Shown here piece by piece: positions 9,747 through 20,989 of a DNA stretch of 64,000 bases. The DNA is taken from positions 192,001 to 256,000 of the forward strand of contig OZ243938.1 of assembly GCA_965214095.1 (NCBI GenBank), given 5' to 3'. Under the pieces are notes generated by a model. That model was not told the DNA's origin. It ran no database searches and worked only from the letters and a program-made list of their open reading frames with translations. The position numbers and the translations under genes were made by a program. The stretch's first letter is position 1, and each line of letters begins with the position of its first letter. Source of the DNA: Candidatus Poribacteria bacterium (lineage in GTDB: Bacteria > Poribacteria > WGA-4E > WGA-3G).

Positions 9747-11117
9747 TCACCATCCATACATGTCTGGTCCCCAAGGTTTTGTAATCAGTTCCTGTTTTGC
9801 TAACACCATAGTTTTACTCGGAACATCATCGTATAGAATTACGCCAGGTCCAACGACACTATAGGAACCAATCCTCCTACCAGGCATTATCATTGCATTT
9901 ACACCTGTTCTGCAGTAATCACCAATGTAAGTAGCATTTGCCCCATAAGATGGAACTTCGTAACGACCTTCAACCTGTATTGCGGTGTCACGGTCATCAA
10001 ATCTTAGCGTTCCACATACAGTCGCAGCTCCTATATCCGTTGCATTTCCAAAAACACCAGACATTTCACAATAGTGATATAGATAGACTTTGTCGAACAT
10101 CACTCCTGACATTTCAGCACCATGTCCAACGATACACCGATTTCCAATAGTGCTGCTACCTATATCACAATAATCACTGATACGACACTGATTGCCTATC
10201 AGTATATTACCGTGTATGATTGCACCATTTGTGATGTTGTTATTTGATCCTGCAATGAGTGTTCCATTGACGACAACCCGCGGACCAATAACTGTGTTTT
10301 TCCCTAAAACAACTTTCCCGTTTATTTCCGCTCCATCAGATATTCTTGCCCCATCTGCAATTTGATCTGTATCAACTTGTTTAGAAAGGTGATCAACTAA
10401 CCTATGATTTGCTTCCAATACATGCCAAGGTTTGTCAACGTCAACAAAAAAGTCAGTTGTTTCCACGGCTAATACTTCTATACCGTCTTCAATCATGAGT
10501 TGTATAGATTGAGCAATTTCGGATTCGGGTGGTGGCATGCCACCGACAGGAACTTGTGTGACGATTCCAGGATTTCTTAACAGATAAGGTTTTGCAGTAG
10601 ATTTAAATGCATAGATTCCGCATAGACGATGTGAACCACCTCGCGGATGTCCTTCAATACCCCTTAGACATCCATCAGAAAACTTAGCGCAAAGCCAATT
10701 GCTTGCGTCCTCATCGTTTAGCGGATGAATTAATGCAGCAACTTCTGCATCCTGACGATAAAAAACCTCTGTAATGTTACGAAAATTATCAGATGTGGTT
10801 ACAATATCTCCATATACTACTAAAAAATTATCTTCATTAAAGTTATTTAGTGCTGTTAAAACAGCATCTGTAGTGCCATTTAGAGGATTTTGAGTGACAA
10901 ATTCAACATTTGAAATGTCCGCAACAGCACCACGAATCTGTTGAGCATAATGTCCAACTACTACGATAATTCTGTTGATACCCACTTCAAGAAGGTTTTC
11001 AACAATCTGTCGTATAATTGGTTTATTTGCAACAGGAATCGTGCATTTCTGCCTGAATTCTCCATAGGGCCAAACTTTTCGACCTAATCCAGCTGCTAAA
11101 ACTATAGCACTCTTCAT
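9747..11117 (-). CDS. Sugar-1-phosphate nucleotidyltransferase with left-handed beta-helix (GlmU-like)
   Basis: LAAGLG..K..IPVANKP, VVYGD, DVDKPW, hexapeptide repeats. Confidence 0.82.
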   Translation of the reverse strand: MKSAIVLAAGLGRKVWPYGEFRQKCTIPVANKPIIRQIVENLLEVGINRIIVVVGHYAQQIRGAVADISNVEFVTQNPLNGTTDAVLTALNNFNEDNFLVVYGDIVTTSDNFRNITEVFYRQDAEVAALIHPLNDEDASNWLCAKFSDGCLRGIEGHPRGGSHRLCGIYAFKSTAKPYLLRNPGIVTQVPVGGMPPPESEIAQSIQLMIEDGIEVLAVETTDFFVDVDKPWHVLEANHRLVDHLSKQVDTDQIADGARISDGAEINGKVVLGKNTVIGPRVVVNGTLIAGSNNNITNGAIIHGNILIGNQCRISDYCDIGSSTIGNRCIVGHGAEMSGVMFDKVYLYHYCEMSGVFGNATDIGAATVCGTLRFDDRDTAIQVEGRYEVPSYGANATYIGDYCRTGVNAMIMPGRRIGSYSVVGPGVILYDDVPSKTMVLAKQELITKPWGPDMYGW

Positions 11118-11143
11118 AATTTATGATATCCCATCCGCTATAT

Positions 11144-11860
<717 letters not shown>

Positions 11861-12063
11861 CTATTTTGCATTATTATTCCAAAGATAGTAATTACATCTC
11901 CTTATTGAATCCATTGTTCTTTCATAATATTGCCTATCTGTTTTTATTTTACTATAAAAGACAAAGATTGGCAAGAATAAGAAATAGTCACATTTCTCAT
12001 TTAATTGTTGCAATTTGGATATAGTCGTGGTAACTTATATCAAAAAGTAAATGAGGAACATAT

Positions 12064-13065
12064 ATGGCAAAACAGAAATTAAGATTTGGTTTTATTGGAT
12101 GTGGTGGTAACTCACGCGGGCACGGACGGAGTGTCTCTGGTGTAGAGGATGTTGAAATTGTCGGTCTTGCAGATCCAAGTGAAAATGCACTTAAAGCGTT
12201 CAAAGAAACCGTCGGTTTAGACGATTCAGTTCCCACATTCTCTGACCATGTTGAAATGTTAACAGACTTAAAACCCGATGCAGTCGTCATTAGTTCACCC
12301 CATGGTCTACATTTTGAGCATATCATGTCTGCGCTTGATGCGGGTTGCCACGTACATACTGAAAAACCAATGGTATGCACCGTTGACCACGCTAAACAGG
12401 TGATGACTAAGGTTGAAGAAACCGGTCTACACCTGATGATCGGCTATCAACGACATTTGAGTCCTACATATCAATACTGTAGACAAGTAGTCCAGAGTGG
12501 TGAACTTGGCAAAGTGAACTTTGTCGCAGCACATCAATCGCAGAATTGGTATCGAAATCAACAGGGAAAATGGCGACAAGATCCATTCCTTGGCGGTGGT
12601 GGCCAACTCAACGATTCTGGAAGTCATCTGATTGATATCCTCCTTTGGGTATTAGAAGCAAGTCCTGAAAACGTCTTTGCTATGATAGACAACATAGACA
12701 TTGAAGTAGATGTACTCACCGCAATGTCCATCAAATTTGATACAGGGGCATTGTGTAATATCAGCATCGTAGGGCATGCACATGGGGGTGTGCAAGAAGA
12801 CTTTTCCATCTGGATGGAAGACGGCGGACTCTTTCTACGCGCAGGTAAGTTATTGCGTCAAGGATCGGGTGGAAAACCTGAACCTGTTGATGAATCTGAT
12901 TTACCAAAAGGTGGAAACAAAGATGTCGCTTTCATTGAACTCATACGTGGTGAACGCACAGAGAATCCAATTGGTGTTGAAAACGGCTTGCGTGTGATAC
13001 AGTTAACAGAGGCTGCATGGCAATCTGCTGAACTTGGTAGACCTGTCCAAGTAGACCTGAGTTAA
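12064..13065 (+). CDS. Gfo/Idh/MocA family oxidoreductase
   Basis: GFIGCGG, EKPM, GGG.L.DSGSH.ID. Confidence 0.9.
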   Translation: MAKQKLRFGFIGCGGNSRGHGRSVSGVEDVEIVGLADPSENALKAFKETVGLDDSVPTFSDHVEMLTDLKPDAVVISSPHGLHFEHIMSALDAGCHVHTEKPMVCTVDHAKQVMTKVEETGLHLMIGYQRHLSPTYQYCRQVVQSGELGKVNFVAAHQSQNWYRNQQGKWRQDPFLGGGGQLNDSGSHLIDILLWVLEASPENVFAMIDNIDIEVDVLTAMSIKFDTGALCNISIVGHAHGGVQEDFSIWMEDGGLFLRAGKLLRQGSGGKPEPVDESDLPKGGNKDVAFIELIRGERTENPIGVENGLRVIQLTEAAWQSAELGRPVQVDLS

Positions 13066-13126
13066 TACTGTCAAAAATACAGGAATATATACTCAGCATG
13101 AAGAGTTACATCATTGGAGGATATAA

Positions 13127-13900
13127 TTGCTTGATGTCCAGGAACTTTGTAAATCCTTTAATAACAAACCGTTTCTCACTGATATTACATTCCAAGTTGC
13201 ATCGGGAGAATCCCTATTCTTACTTGGCAGAAACGGTGCGGGGAAAACGCTGCTACTCAAAATCTTAGCAACGTTAGTAAAACCAACATCAGGCACTGTC
13301 TCAATATCTGACATAGATGCATTTTCAAACCTAAAGCATGTGCGTCCGCGAATCGGTTATATCACAACTACTAATGAAACTTATCCTAAGTTATCTGTTC
13401 GAGACTATCTTAAATTCTTCGCATCAGCATATAAGATTCATAAAATGGAACAGAATGCAGCAATTGATGCAGTTCTTGAATTGATGGACATTCAACATCT
13501 GCTTGATCAGCAAATTGGGGGACTGTCTGCTGGTGAACGCCATCGCCTATTGTATGCTAAAACCTTTCTTCATGAACCACAATTGTGGTTGCTTGATGAA
13601 CCCTTAGCTCAACTTGAACCCCAAGGGCAAATTGAGATGATAGAATTGCTCCGTGAACTACAGACGATGGGAAAAACGCTCGTTATTGCCACCAATCGTT
13701 TGGAAGATGTGATTAGGCTTAGTGATATAAATGCAAGTAATACTTCAAACTCAGATAAACTTGGTATACTTGTAAATGGAAAGTTTGCCGTGTTTAACTC
13801 ACTAAATCTCATACAAAAGGATTTCAAAGATAAGAACAATTCTGAAGAACTGAAGCCGAATTGGCTTGCTGAACTCTATTTGGAGGTTACAAAATCGTAA
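13127..13900 (+). CDS. ABC transporter ATP-binding protein (export type), no adjacent permease
   Basis: GRNGAGKT, LSAGE, LLDEP; TTG start with GGAGG. Confidence 0.82.
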   Translation: MLDVQELCKSFNNKPFLTDITFQVASGESLFLLGRNGAGKTLLLKILATLVKPTSGTVSISDIDAFSNLKHVRPRIGYITTTNETYPKLSVRDYLKFFASAYKIHKMEQNAAIDAVLELMDIQHLLDQQIGGLSAGERHRLLYAKTFLHEPQLWLLDEPLAQLEPQGQIEMIELLRELQTMGKTLVIATNRLEDVIRLSDINASNTSNSDKLGILVNGKFAVFNSLNLIQKDFKDKNNSEELKPNWLAELYLEVTKS

Positions 13901-14673
13901 TGTCAGACATTGGACAATTTTTTCACGAAAATGGTTACTATTTCGCAAAAGGAGTCTATTCACCACAAGAGATAAAGGAGATGGAAAATGACTTCGACCG
14001 CGTAGTAGACCAGTTAGTAAAAAGTGATGAGAATATCAATGCACGCTGGGGTGGTAGATTGATGGATGCACTTGATGGTGGCGAATCTATTATTATCCAC
14101 ACGCATAACATCCAAAGCTTCTCTGGTGTGTGGTTACAAGCATTCATGCATGACAAGTTTCTTGACATAACTGAGGAAATCCTTGGACCTGACATTATGC
14201 TGCATCATTCCAAACTTTTCTGCAAACCACCAGAGAAAGGTTCACCATTTCCGATGCATCAAGATTGGCAGTATTTTCCTTCTGAAAAAGATACGATGAT
14301 TGCTGCGATAGTCTATGTATCCGATGCAACAGATGAGATGGGTTGTGTCCGAGTTTATCCGGGTTCACACAAAGAATTGGGACGCACAGATGGAATGATG
14401 GGTGGCGGACAAAATGAAGAAATCACAGAACGGTACCCAATTGAGAAAGCAACTGTTTTAGAAGCTGAACCGGGGGATGTGCTTTTCTTTAGTTATTTCA
14501 CATTGCACGGTTCAATGCCAAACCGTTCAAATAAGACACGAAAGAGCGTTCTCGTACAGATGCATGCAGGTAACGATCAAATCATACCTGATAATAGGCA
14601 CACAAATGTGAAATTAGTCCTCCGAGGGTTGAATCATTTTGCTACCCGTTCTTCTGTTAGTCGTATAATCTAA
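13900..14673 (+). CDS. PhyH-family Fe/2OG dioxygenase
   Basis: PMHQD, GCVRVYPGSH, LHGS..N.S...R. Confidence 0.9.
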   Translation: MSDIGQFFHENGYYFAKGVYSPQEIKEMENDFDRVVDQLVKSDENINARWGGRLMDALDGGESIIIHTHNIQSFSGVWLQAFMHDKFLDITEEILGPDIMLHHSKLFCKPPEKGSPFPMHQDWQYFPSEKDTMIAAIVYVSDATDEMGCVRVYPGSHKELGRTDGMMGGGQNEEITERYPIEKATVLEAEPGDVLFFSYFTLHGSMPNRSNKTRKSVLVQMHAGNDQIIPDNRHTNVKLVLRGLNHFATRSSVSRII

Positions 14674-14733
14674 CAGCAGAACTTATACATTGCTACTTAC
14701 AGTCCCATTGATAAAAGGATTTAGGGAGTTAAT

Positions 14734-15045
14734 ATGAAAAATCAAACGATTCTCAGCAAGGAATCAATTAAACAGAGTCTTGTTGACAATCGAAAAACCT
14801 TGCAAAAATACGGTGTCAAGCGAATCGGCTTGTTCGGATCTTATGTACGAGGGACAGCATCCACCGAGAGCGACATTGATATCATTGTTGAACTTGAAAG
14901 ACTGACCCTTCGCGACTACATGGGATTGGCTCTTTTTCTTGAAGACCTGTTTAAGAAGGACGTTGATCTAATGACTACTACCTCCATTAAACCGCGTCTA
15001 AAACCTTATATTGAAAAAGAGATAGAGTATGTCACGAATCTATAG
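14734..15045 (+). CDS. Minimal nucleotidyltransferase (MNT/MntA-type antitoxin)
   Basis: FGSYVRG.....SDIDI, VDL; overlaps the HEPN gene. Confidence 0.9.
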   Translation: MKNQTILSKESIKQSLVDNRKTLQKYGVKRIGLFGSYVRGTASTESDIDIIVELERLTLRDYMGLALFLEDLFKKDVDLMTTTSIKPRLKPYIEKEIEYVTNL

Positions 15046-15373
15046 TTTATATCTCGAAGATGTAGTTGAGGATGCTGAACGTATTGCATCGTACGTTGAA
15101 AACGTTTCACAAAGTGAATTTGAAACGGATCAGATGCGGGTTGACGCGGTCATCAGAAACCTCCAAATCATCGGCGAAGCAGTTAAAAAATTCCCAGATT
15201 CGATCCGAAAGGATAATACAGACATAGCCTGGAACGAAATTGCAGGTCTAAGAAACAGAGTAACTCACGTATATTTTAATGTAGATACTAATATAATCTG
15301 GGACGTAGTGCAATTTGAACTTCCGATGTTAAAGACACAAATTCAACATATCCTTAATGAGATAAGTGAATGA
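15029..15373 (+). CDS. DUF86/HepT-like HEPN ribonuclease toxin
   Basis: DAVIRNLQIIGEA, RX4H motif RNRVTH followed by Y. Confidence 0.9.
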   Translation: MSRIYSLYLEDVVEDAERIASYVENVSQSEFETDQMRVDAVIRNLQIIGEAVKKFPDSIRKDNTDIAWNEIAGLRNRVTHVYFNVDTNIIWDVVQFELPMLKTQIQHILNEISE

Positions 15374-15594
15374 GAACATTTCTCTTTGTACTTATGAACA
15401 ATTAAGAAATTTGTGTTCACTTTCCTTATCATTTCTGATATACCATCAGGAGAATTGGAAGAACCATCTGTCAAAAACTCAGAGCCCGGACACTAAGGGG
15501 AATATAGAATACCAGATAATACGTAATCGTCATGAGATCAATCTGAAAACAAAGCATGATGAAGAATAAACTTACTTTAAAATAGGAGTATTAA

Positions 15595-16590
15595 ATGATA
15601 AAAGTTGGAAAAATTAGTATGGCACATGTTCACGCAGGTGGATATGCACGACAAATTCACGAAAACCCTGAAACAGAACTCGTCGCAGTATGGGATGAGG
15701 AAGAATACGGAGGCAAAGATGCAGCAGAACAGTACGAAGTACCGTTCTATACAGACCTTGATGAGATGTTAAGCCGCGACGATATTGATGCCGTTGCTGT
15801 TGATGCTATCACATCAGACCATCCTCGTGTGATGATTGCTGCTGCCGAAGCCGGCAAACATATCTTCACAGAGAAAGCACTTGCAATCACAGTTGAAGAA
15901 TGCGATCCGATTATTGAAGCAGTTGAAAAAGCAGGTATAAAGTTCATGATTTCTCTGCCATCGCGTGCGAATGGCGAGATACTATTCGCAAAAAAAGTAA
16001 TTGATGATGGACTTCTCGGAGAAATTACTTTTGGCAGAGGTCGGATAGCACATTCCGCTGCCCTTGATAAATGGTTCGGTGGATCAAGTGCTTGGTTTGC
16101 AGACCCTGATCGCGCAGGTGGTGGTGCTCTCTTTGATTTAGGATGCCACCGTGTTGATGTCATACGATGGTTAATGGGTGAACCCAAAAGTGCTATTGCT
16201 AAGATAAACAACTTCACTGGTAACTTCCCCATTGATGATAATAGTGTTTCAGTCGTAGAGTTTGCAAACAAGGCACTCGGTGTGATTGATGTTGCATGGA
16301 CACACCGTTCCGGTCCGAATATGCTTGAGATATACGGTACTGAAGGTTCTTTTGCTGCAGGACACGGTGAGATGCATTTTCAGACGCGCAAACTGTCTGA
16401 TGAAGAGAAGGCAAAATACATATCGGATGCTCCTGCAGCACCACCATCTCCATTGCAGCAGTGGATCAATGCAATCCTTCGCGACGAACCGATGACAATC
16501 ACTATACAAGATGGACGAAACCTGACAGAACTGATGCAGGCGTTCTATATGTCCTCTGAACAGGGGAAAGCGATAGAATTTCCGCTTTAA
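15595..16590 (+). CDS. Gfo/Idh/MocA family oxidoreductase
   Basis: HIFTEKA, GGGALFDLGCH..D. Confidence 0.9.
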   Translation: MIKVGKISMAHVHAGGYARQIHENPETELVAVWDEEEYGGKDAAEQYEVPFYTDLDEMLSRDDIDAVAVDAITSDHPRVMIAAAEAGKHIFTEKALAITVEECDPIIEAVEKAGIKFMISLPSRANGEILFAKKVIDDGLLGEITFGRGRIAHSAALDKWFGGSSAWFADPDRAGGGALFDLGCHRVDVIRWLMGEPKSAIAKINNFTGNFPIDDNSVSVVEFANKALGVIDVAWTHRSGPNMLEIYGTEGSFAAGHGEMHFQTRKLSDEEKAKYISDAPAAPPSPLQQWINAILRDEPMTITIQDGRNLTELMQAFYMSSEQGKAIEFPL

Positions 16591-16599
16591 TACCTTCAC

Positions 16600-16622
16600 G
16601 TAGGCGCGCTTTGTAAGCACGC
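16600..16622 (+). repeat. GTAG-type REP-like palindrome
   Basis: GTAG + gcgcgctt-tgt-aagcacgc in an intergenic gap. Confidence 0.5.
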
Positions 16623-16634
16623 TTAAAATTTTCA

Positions 16635-19142
16635 ATGAGATATGCTATGCAAGACTATCAACCAATCTCTCTCACCGATCTGTGTAACGTCAACGGAGAA
16701 ATAATCGGCACAAACGCAAAACCAACATTAGGACTACAAACATTCCATGGACTCCCATTTCACATCTCTGAAGGTGAAAAGAGTTTTTTGGGTTTTGGTG
16801 ATGGTGTCAATGTAGACGCGATAAATATTCCTGTGAATGCAAAACCGAAGCGGATCATCATAGCACACCGGCTGCTTGAATCCCGTATCCATGAAGGCGA
16901 ACCGATTGGAAAATGCATCGCTAACTATGTATTCCATTATGCAAATGGCGAACAGGAAAGTGTGCCAATCCGTGAACGTTTTGAGATCGGCAGCGTACCA
17001 CAAGGATGGGGACAACAGACATTCATTGCTGTCCCTGATACAAAAGAAAGTTTGCATGCACGACATCAAGGACCGTGGGGTTCTGCAGGAAATCGACAAA
17101 CAGAAGCACTGCAATGTGTTCCTCGCAACTACTACCTATGGATTTGGAAAAACCCGCATCCTGATGTTGAGGTGACTTCAATAGAGATTCAACCACAAGA
17201 GCGCAAGTTTATCATTGCAGCAATCACACTTGGACATCTTGATGAAGACCCGATCCCACGTCATCCAAACCGTGAAGTTAAAATCACACTCCCACAACCA
17301 GAGGATGCAGATAAACCTTTTGACATGGAAGTCAATGTTGACCGCGGCACCGCAACCTATCCGTATCCTTTACCAGAGAACCCAGTTGATGCATTTCTCA
17401 ATGACGATTTCAAAGGTTGGGGAGAATACCAAAACAACAAAAGCAGTCCAGTCTACACTGAGATATCCGCCACACCTTCTGCAACCGTTGAAGTAAAGAA
17501 TCAAGGTGAATCCCTCGGTGAAGTCAACTGGGGTGAACTCCAAGATAAAGGTATTGTTCAACCGAATGATCGTGTCAAAGTGGAAGTGATTGATACCGGT
17601 AGAAACTGGGTACATACCACCGTGATTGACGAAGAGACGAACAAACCTGTCCCCTGTCGCGTCCACTTCCGTTCACCGCACGGTGTTCCGTACGCACCAC
17701 ATGGACACCACGCACATGTAAATTCAAACATGGGAACTTGGCACGTAGATATTGGCGGAGATGTGCGTTTAGGACAGATAAGTTATGCCTATATTGATGG
17801 CACTTGTCAGGGATGGTTACCTCGTGGCGATGTTATCGTCGATGTTGCCCGAGGATTTGAATATACGCCAATACGCACTACCATCAGCATCAAACCAGGA
17901 CAACGTGAGTTGACACTGCGAATAAAACGTTGGTGCAATATGAACACCGAACGCTACTTCAGCGGTGATACGCACGTCCACTTCCTATCTACACAAGGTG
18001 CACATACCGAAGCACAAGGTGAAGACCTTGGTGTTGTCAATCTGCTCCTATCTCAATGGGGACATCTCTTTACCAATACTGAGGAATTCATCGGAAGACC
18101 CACAACATCTGCTGATGGTCAAAGCATCGTCTATGCAACGCAGGAGAACAGACAGCATGTTCTTGGACATCTCACACTTCTCGGATTAAAAGAACAGGTT
18201 TCACCGTGGTGCTCAGATGGACCTGGTGAAGCAGAACTCGGTGGAAACTTAGAGGTCACGCTATCTCACTGGGCAGATGCATGTCATGCACAAGGTGGCA
18301 CCGTCGTTTTGCCTCACATTCCAAATCCAAACTGTGAACCTGCAACACTCATTGCAACGGAACGCGTAGACGCTGTTGAATACCTTACCAACGCTATGTA
18401 TGGACATATTGAATACTATCGCTACCTCAATTGTGGATATAAATTACCACTGGTCGGTGGGACAGATAAGATGACTGCTGATGTACCTGTAGGTGTCTAC
18501 AGAACATACACTCACATACCCGATGACGAAGAATTCAACTACGAGAACTGGTGCAAATATATGAGTGCAGGTAACACCTTCCTTAGCGGTGGACCGATAA
18601 TTCGTATGACTGTAAACGGTCAACCCATCGGAAGCACGATCAACCTACCGGGGAATGGTGGCACAGTTGAAGTAGAGGCATCAGCAGATTCTATCTTTCC
18701 TATTCATACCTTGCAAATTGTGCAAGCAGGAGGAGTTGTCGCTTCTACGGAGGAAAGCAACGGTTCTCATAATCTATCTATCAAAGCAAAACTGAAGGTT
18801 GATAAACATTCGTGGATTGCTGCCCGATGCGGTGGACCGAACTATGCACAAGCAATTCCACATCACGATGGATGGAGACGTGGAATCATCGCACATACAT
18901 CTCCAATTTATATCGCTGTCGGAGAGGAATGGTGGATGTTCGATCCAGAAACAGCAAACTATATGCTAACATTGATAGAAGGGGGACTGTCCTACATTCA
19001 ACAATCCGCCAGACATCATGAACCGGGAACAGTAACGCATCATCACGGTGAAGACAATCATTTGGAATATCTCTCACGCCCTTTCCAAGAAGCACGCGAA
19101 GCGATACACAAACGAATGCATCAGTTAGGAATTCCACATTAA
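16635..19142 (+). CDS. CehA/McbA-like metallohydrolase (PHP-type domain with N-terminal beta domains)
   Basis: GDTHVH, QENRQH.LGH, YYRYLNCG..LP..GGTD, AHTSPIY. Confidence 0.72.
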   Translation: MRYAMQDYQPISLTDLCNVNGEIIGTNAKPTLGLQTFHGLPFHISEGEKSFLGFGDGVNVDAINIPVNAKPKRIIIAHRLLESRIHEGEPIGKCIANYVFHYANGEQESVPIRERFEIGSVPQGWGQQTFIAVPDTKESLHARHQGPWGSAGNRQTEALQCVPRNYYLWIWKNPHPDVEVTSIEIQPQERKFIIAAITLGHLDEDPIPRHPNREVKITLPQPEDADKPFDMEVNVDRGTATYPYPLPENPVDAFLNDDFKGWGEYQNNKSSPVYTEISATPSATVEVKNQGESLGEVNWGELQDKGIVQPNDRVKVEVIDTGRNWVHTTVIDEETNKPVPCRVHFRSPHGVPYAPHGHHAHVNSNMGTWHVDIGGDVRLGQISYAYIDGTCQGWLPRGDVIVDVARGFEYTPIRTTISIKPGQRELTLRIKRWCNMNTERYFSGDTHVHFLSTQGAHTEAQGEDLGVVNLLLSQWGHLFTNTEEFIGRPTTSADGQSIVYATQENRQHVLGHLTLLGLKEQVSPWCSDGPGEAELGGNLEVTLSHWADACHAQGGTVVLPHIPNPNCEPATLIATERVDAVEYLTNAMYGHIEYYRYLNCGYKLPLVGGTDKMTADVPVGVYRTYTHIPDDEEFNYENWCKYMSAGNTFLSGGPIIRMTVNGQPIGSTINLPGNGGTVEVEASADSIFPIHTLQIVQAGGVVASTEESNGSHNLSIKAKLKVDKHSWIAARCGGPNYAQAIPHHDGWRRGIIAHTSPIYIAVGEEWWMFDPETANYMLTLIEGGLSYIQQSARHHEPGTVTHHHGEDNHLEYLSRPFQEAREAIHKRMHQLGIPH

Positions 19143-19160
19143 GAGACATAACATTCATTC

Positions 19161-19233
19161 ACGGCACACAGAGTATACTTATTACTTTTCATTCGTTGTA
19201 TTATGTTTACGGCACACGGAGTGTGCCTACTAC
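19161..19233 (-). repeat. Tandem pair of REP-like palindromes (GTAGTAGGCACACTCCGTGTGCCGT family)
   Basis: Copies at 19161-19185 (degenerate) and 19209-19233; a third copy at 34293-34317. Confidence 0.75.
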
Positions 19234-19248
19234 TTTTAAGGAGAAAAT

Positions 19249-20220
19249 ATGCCAAAAGAATTAGTCGCAGTTGCCCCGCGGCAACCTGTGTTAAGAGACT
19301 ATGAAGATGGACCTGTTCCTGATAATAGCGTCCGTGTCCAAATTGAATTCGGGGCACCAAAACGCGGTACCGAGATGACCATGTATTATGGAAATAGAGG
19401 GGCAGGATTCCCTCACGGCCTCGGGAATATGTGTGTTGGAAAGATAATAGAAATCGGTGAAAATGTTGAAAACTGCGAAGTAGGAGAACTTGTTGCAGGA
19501 CACGGACACCTCAAAGAAACACATACATGGAATGCGAACGGTGTGCTAAAGATGACAGACAAGATGACATGGAAAGATGCTGTCTGTTATGACCCCGCAC
19601 ACTTTGCATTATCCGCTATCCGTGATGGACAGGTGCGAGTTGGTGACCGTGTCGCAGTCTTCGGTCTCGGTGCAATCGGATTGGTGACACAACAATATGC
19701 GAAAGAAGCAGGTGCTGATTTTATTGCTTGTGTTGACCCCATTGAGAGACGGCGCGCTGTCGCAGAAAAGACCGGTGCCGATCTCGTCTTAGATCCAACT
19801 GCATGTAATGTCGGTGAAGTACTGAAAGAAGCAACAGGGGGATTAGGTCTTGATGTTGCAATTGAAACAAGTGCGAATTATAATGCTCTTGACGATGCAA
19901 TTCGGAGTGTCGCATTTGAAGGCACAGTCGTCGTGGCAGGTTGGGCAAAAGAGTGCACTGGTGGATTAGACCTCGGTGCTGTTGCACATTTCAACATACC
20001 AAACCTAATCTTTGCACGTGCTAATAGCGATCCAAACCGTGACCATCCACGTTGGAACTTCGGACGTATCAGAGAAACTTGTTGGAAATGGCTCGCTGAA
20101 GGTCGGTTTGACTGTGAAGATATTATTGACCCTGTTGTACCTTTTGAAGACTCCGTTGAGGCATACATTGAAATGGACAATCATCCTGAACGTAGTGTCA
20201 AATTAGGTGTGTCATTCTAA
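19249..20220 (+). CDS. Medium-chain (zinc-type) alcohol dehydrogenase family protein
   Basis: GDRVAVFGLGAIG Rossmann motif, DVAIETS; RGTE replaces the usual Cys ligand motif. Confidence 0.82.
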   Translation: MPKELVAVAPRQPVLRDYEDGPVPDNSVRVQIEFGAPKRGTEMTMYYGNRGAGFPHGLGNMCVGKIIEIGENVENCEVGELVAGHGHLKETHTWNANGVLKMTDKMTWKDAVCYDPAHFALSAIRDGQVRVGDRVAVFGLGAIGLVTQQYAKEAGADFIACVDPIERRRAVAEKTGADLVLDPTACNVGEVLKEATGGLGLDVAIETSANYNALDDAIRSVAFEGTVVVAGWAKECTGGLDLGAVAHFNIPNLIFARANSDPNRDHPRWNFGRIRETCWKWLAEGRFDCEDIIDPVVPFEDSVEAYIEMDNHPERSVKLGVSF

Positions 20221-20273
20221 AAGAGACAAACTAATACCATTTCAAATTGACCATCTAACATTAAGAAGACCTC

Positions 20274-20305
20274 GTTTGTAGTCGCGCAATTCATTGCGCC
20301 TCTTA
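20274..20305 (+). repeat. REP-like palindrome (GTAGTCGCGCAATTCATTGCGC family)
   Basis: Near-identical inverted copy (31/32) at 26635-26666. Confidence 0.8.
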
Positions 20306-20355
20306 TGAGGTCTCTGTGCCTCGCCATTGTATATCATAGATAATACCATGTAAAT

Positions 20356-20907
20356 TTATGCAGCAGTCAGTATTTCAACCGCCTTCTCCAAAGCCTTTTC
20401 CTCAACTTTCAATTTCGCATTTTCAACTTCACGCTTAACATACGTCACAGTATGTTCAAGGTTCATCGGTGTCGCAATATCCTCGATTATTTTATGGAGA
20501 CGTTTAACATCTGTTTTCTTTATTCCTGTCTGTTCTTCTACGCGAGCGTGTAATTCTGCAGGCGTTTCAAGTTCCTCTACTTTCTTATCCGATTTTTTTG
20601 TCGTAGGTTTCGCTGTTTTAGTGGATCTTGTCCGTTTACGCGGCGTAGATTTCTGTATTTTACCAACACCTAACGCTTTAACACCACATTCCTTACATAA
20701 TTTTGCCGTAACGTCCGCCAATGTCATAGTAACAATCACTTCACTAATAGCACCACACAATTCACACTCCGTAAGACCTTCAATTCCTGCAAGGATATCA
20801 GTATGAAGTGCTAACATCTTCTGTTTATCAGTCTTTGTCGGTTTCTCTTTCTGACATAATACAATCAGTTTCTGGGCAGATTTCTCAATATTGTCTAATT
20901 TTCCCAT
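20356..20907 (-). CDS. Hypothetical protein with CxxC...CxxC zinc ribbon and Lys/Arg/Thr-rich linker
   Basis: GGAGGT SD before ATG 20907; CELC and CKEC; KSTPRKRTRSTKTAKPTTKK. Confidence 0.75.
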   Translation of the reverse strand: MGKLDNIEKSAQKLIVLCQKEKPTKTDKQKMLALHTDILAGIEGLTECELCGAISEVIVTMTLADVTAKLCKECGVKALGVGKIQKSTPRKRTRSTKTAKPTTKKSDKKVEELETPAELHARVEEQTGIKKTDVKRLHKIIEDIATPMNLEHTVTYVKREVENAKLKVEEKALEKAVEILTAA

Positions 20908-20920
20908 GTCACACCTCCAA

Positions 20921-20963
20921 TATATGTTATAATTAGTATAACATATATGAAAATATCTGTCAA
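20921..20963 (-). promoter_or_regulatory. Near-consensus sigma70 promoter overlapped by an operator-like dyad
   Basis: Minus strand TTGACA-17-TATACT with TG; perfect 11-bp inverted repeat tatatgttata (20921-20931) / tataacatata (20937-20947). Confidence 0.7.
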
Positions 20964-20989
20964 GGAAGTTTAGAGGAAATCCATCCAAT

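Noticed and set aside
14734-15373. HEPN/MNT pair as a novel defence system
   Set aside because: Standard, well-described MNT-DUF86 toxin-antitoxin module
15366-15569. 67-aa ORF after the HEPN toxin as a third TA component
   Set aside because: No recognisable motif or convincing SD; cannot be supported
19157-19237. Mini-CRISPR (two ~25-30 bp direct repeats with a spacer)
   Set aside because: Only two units, the same palindrome occurs singly at 34293, and there are no cas genes; fits REP elements
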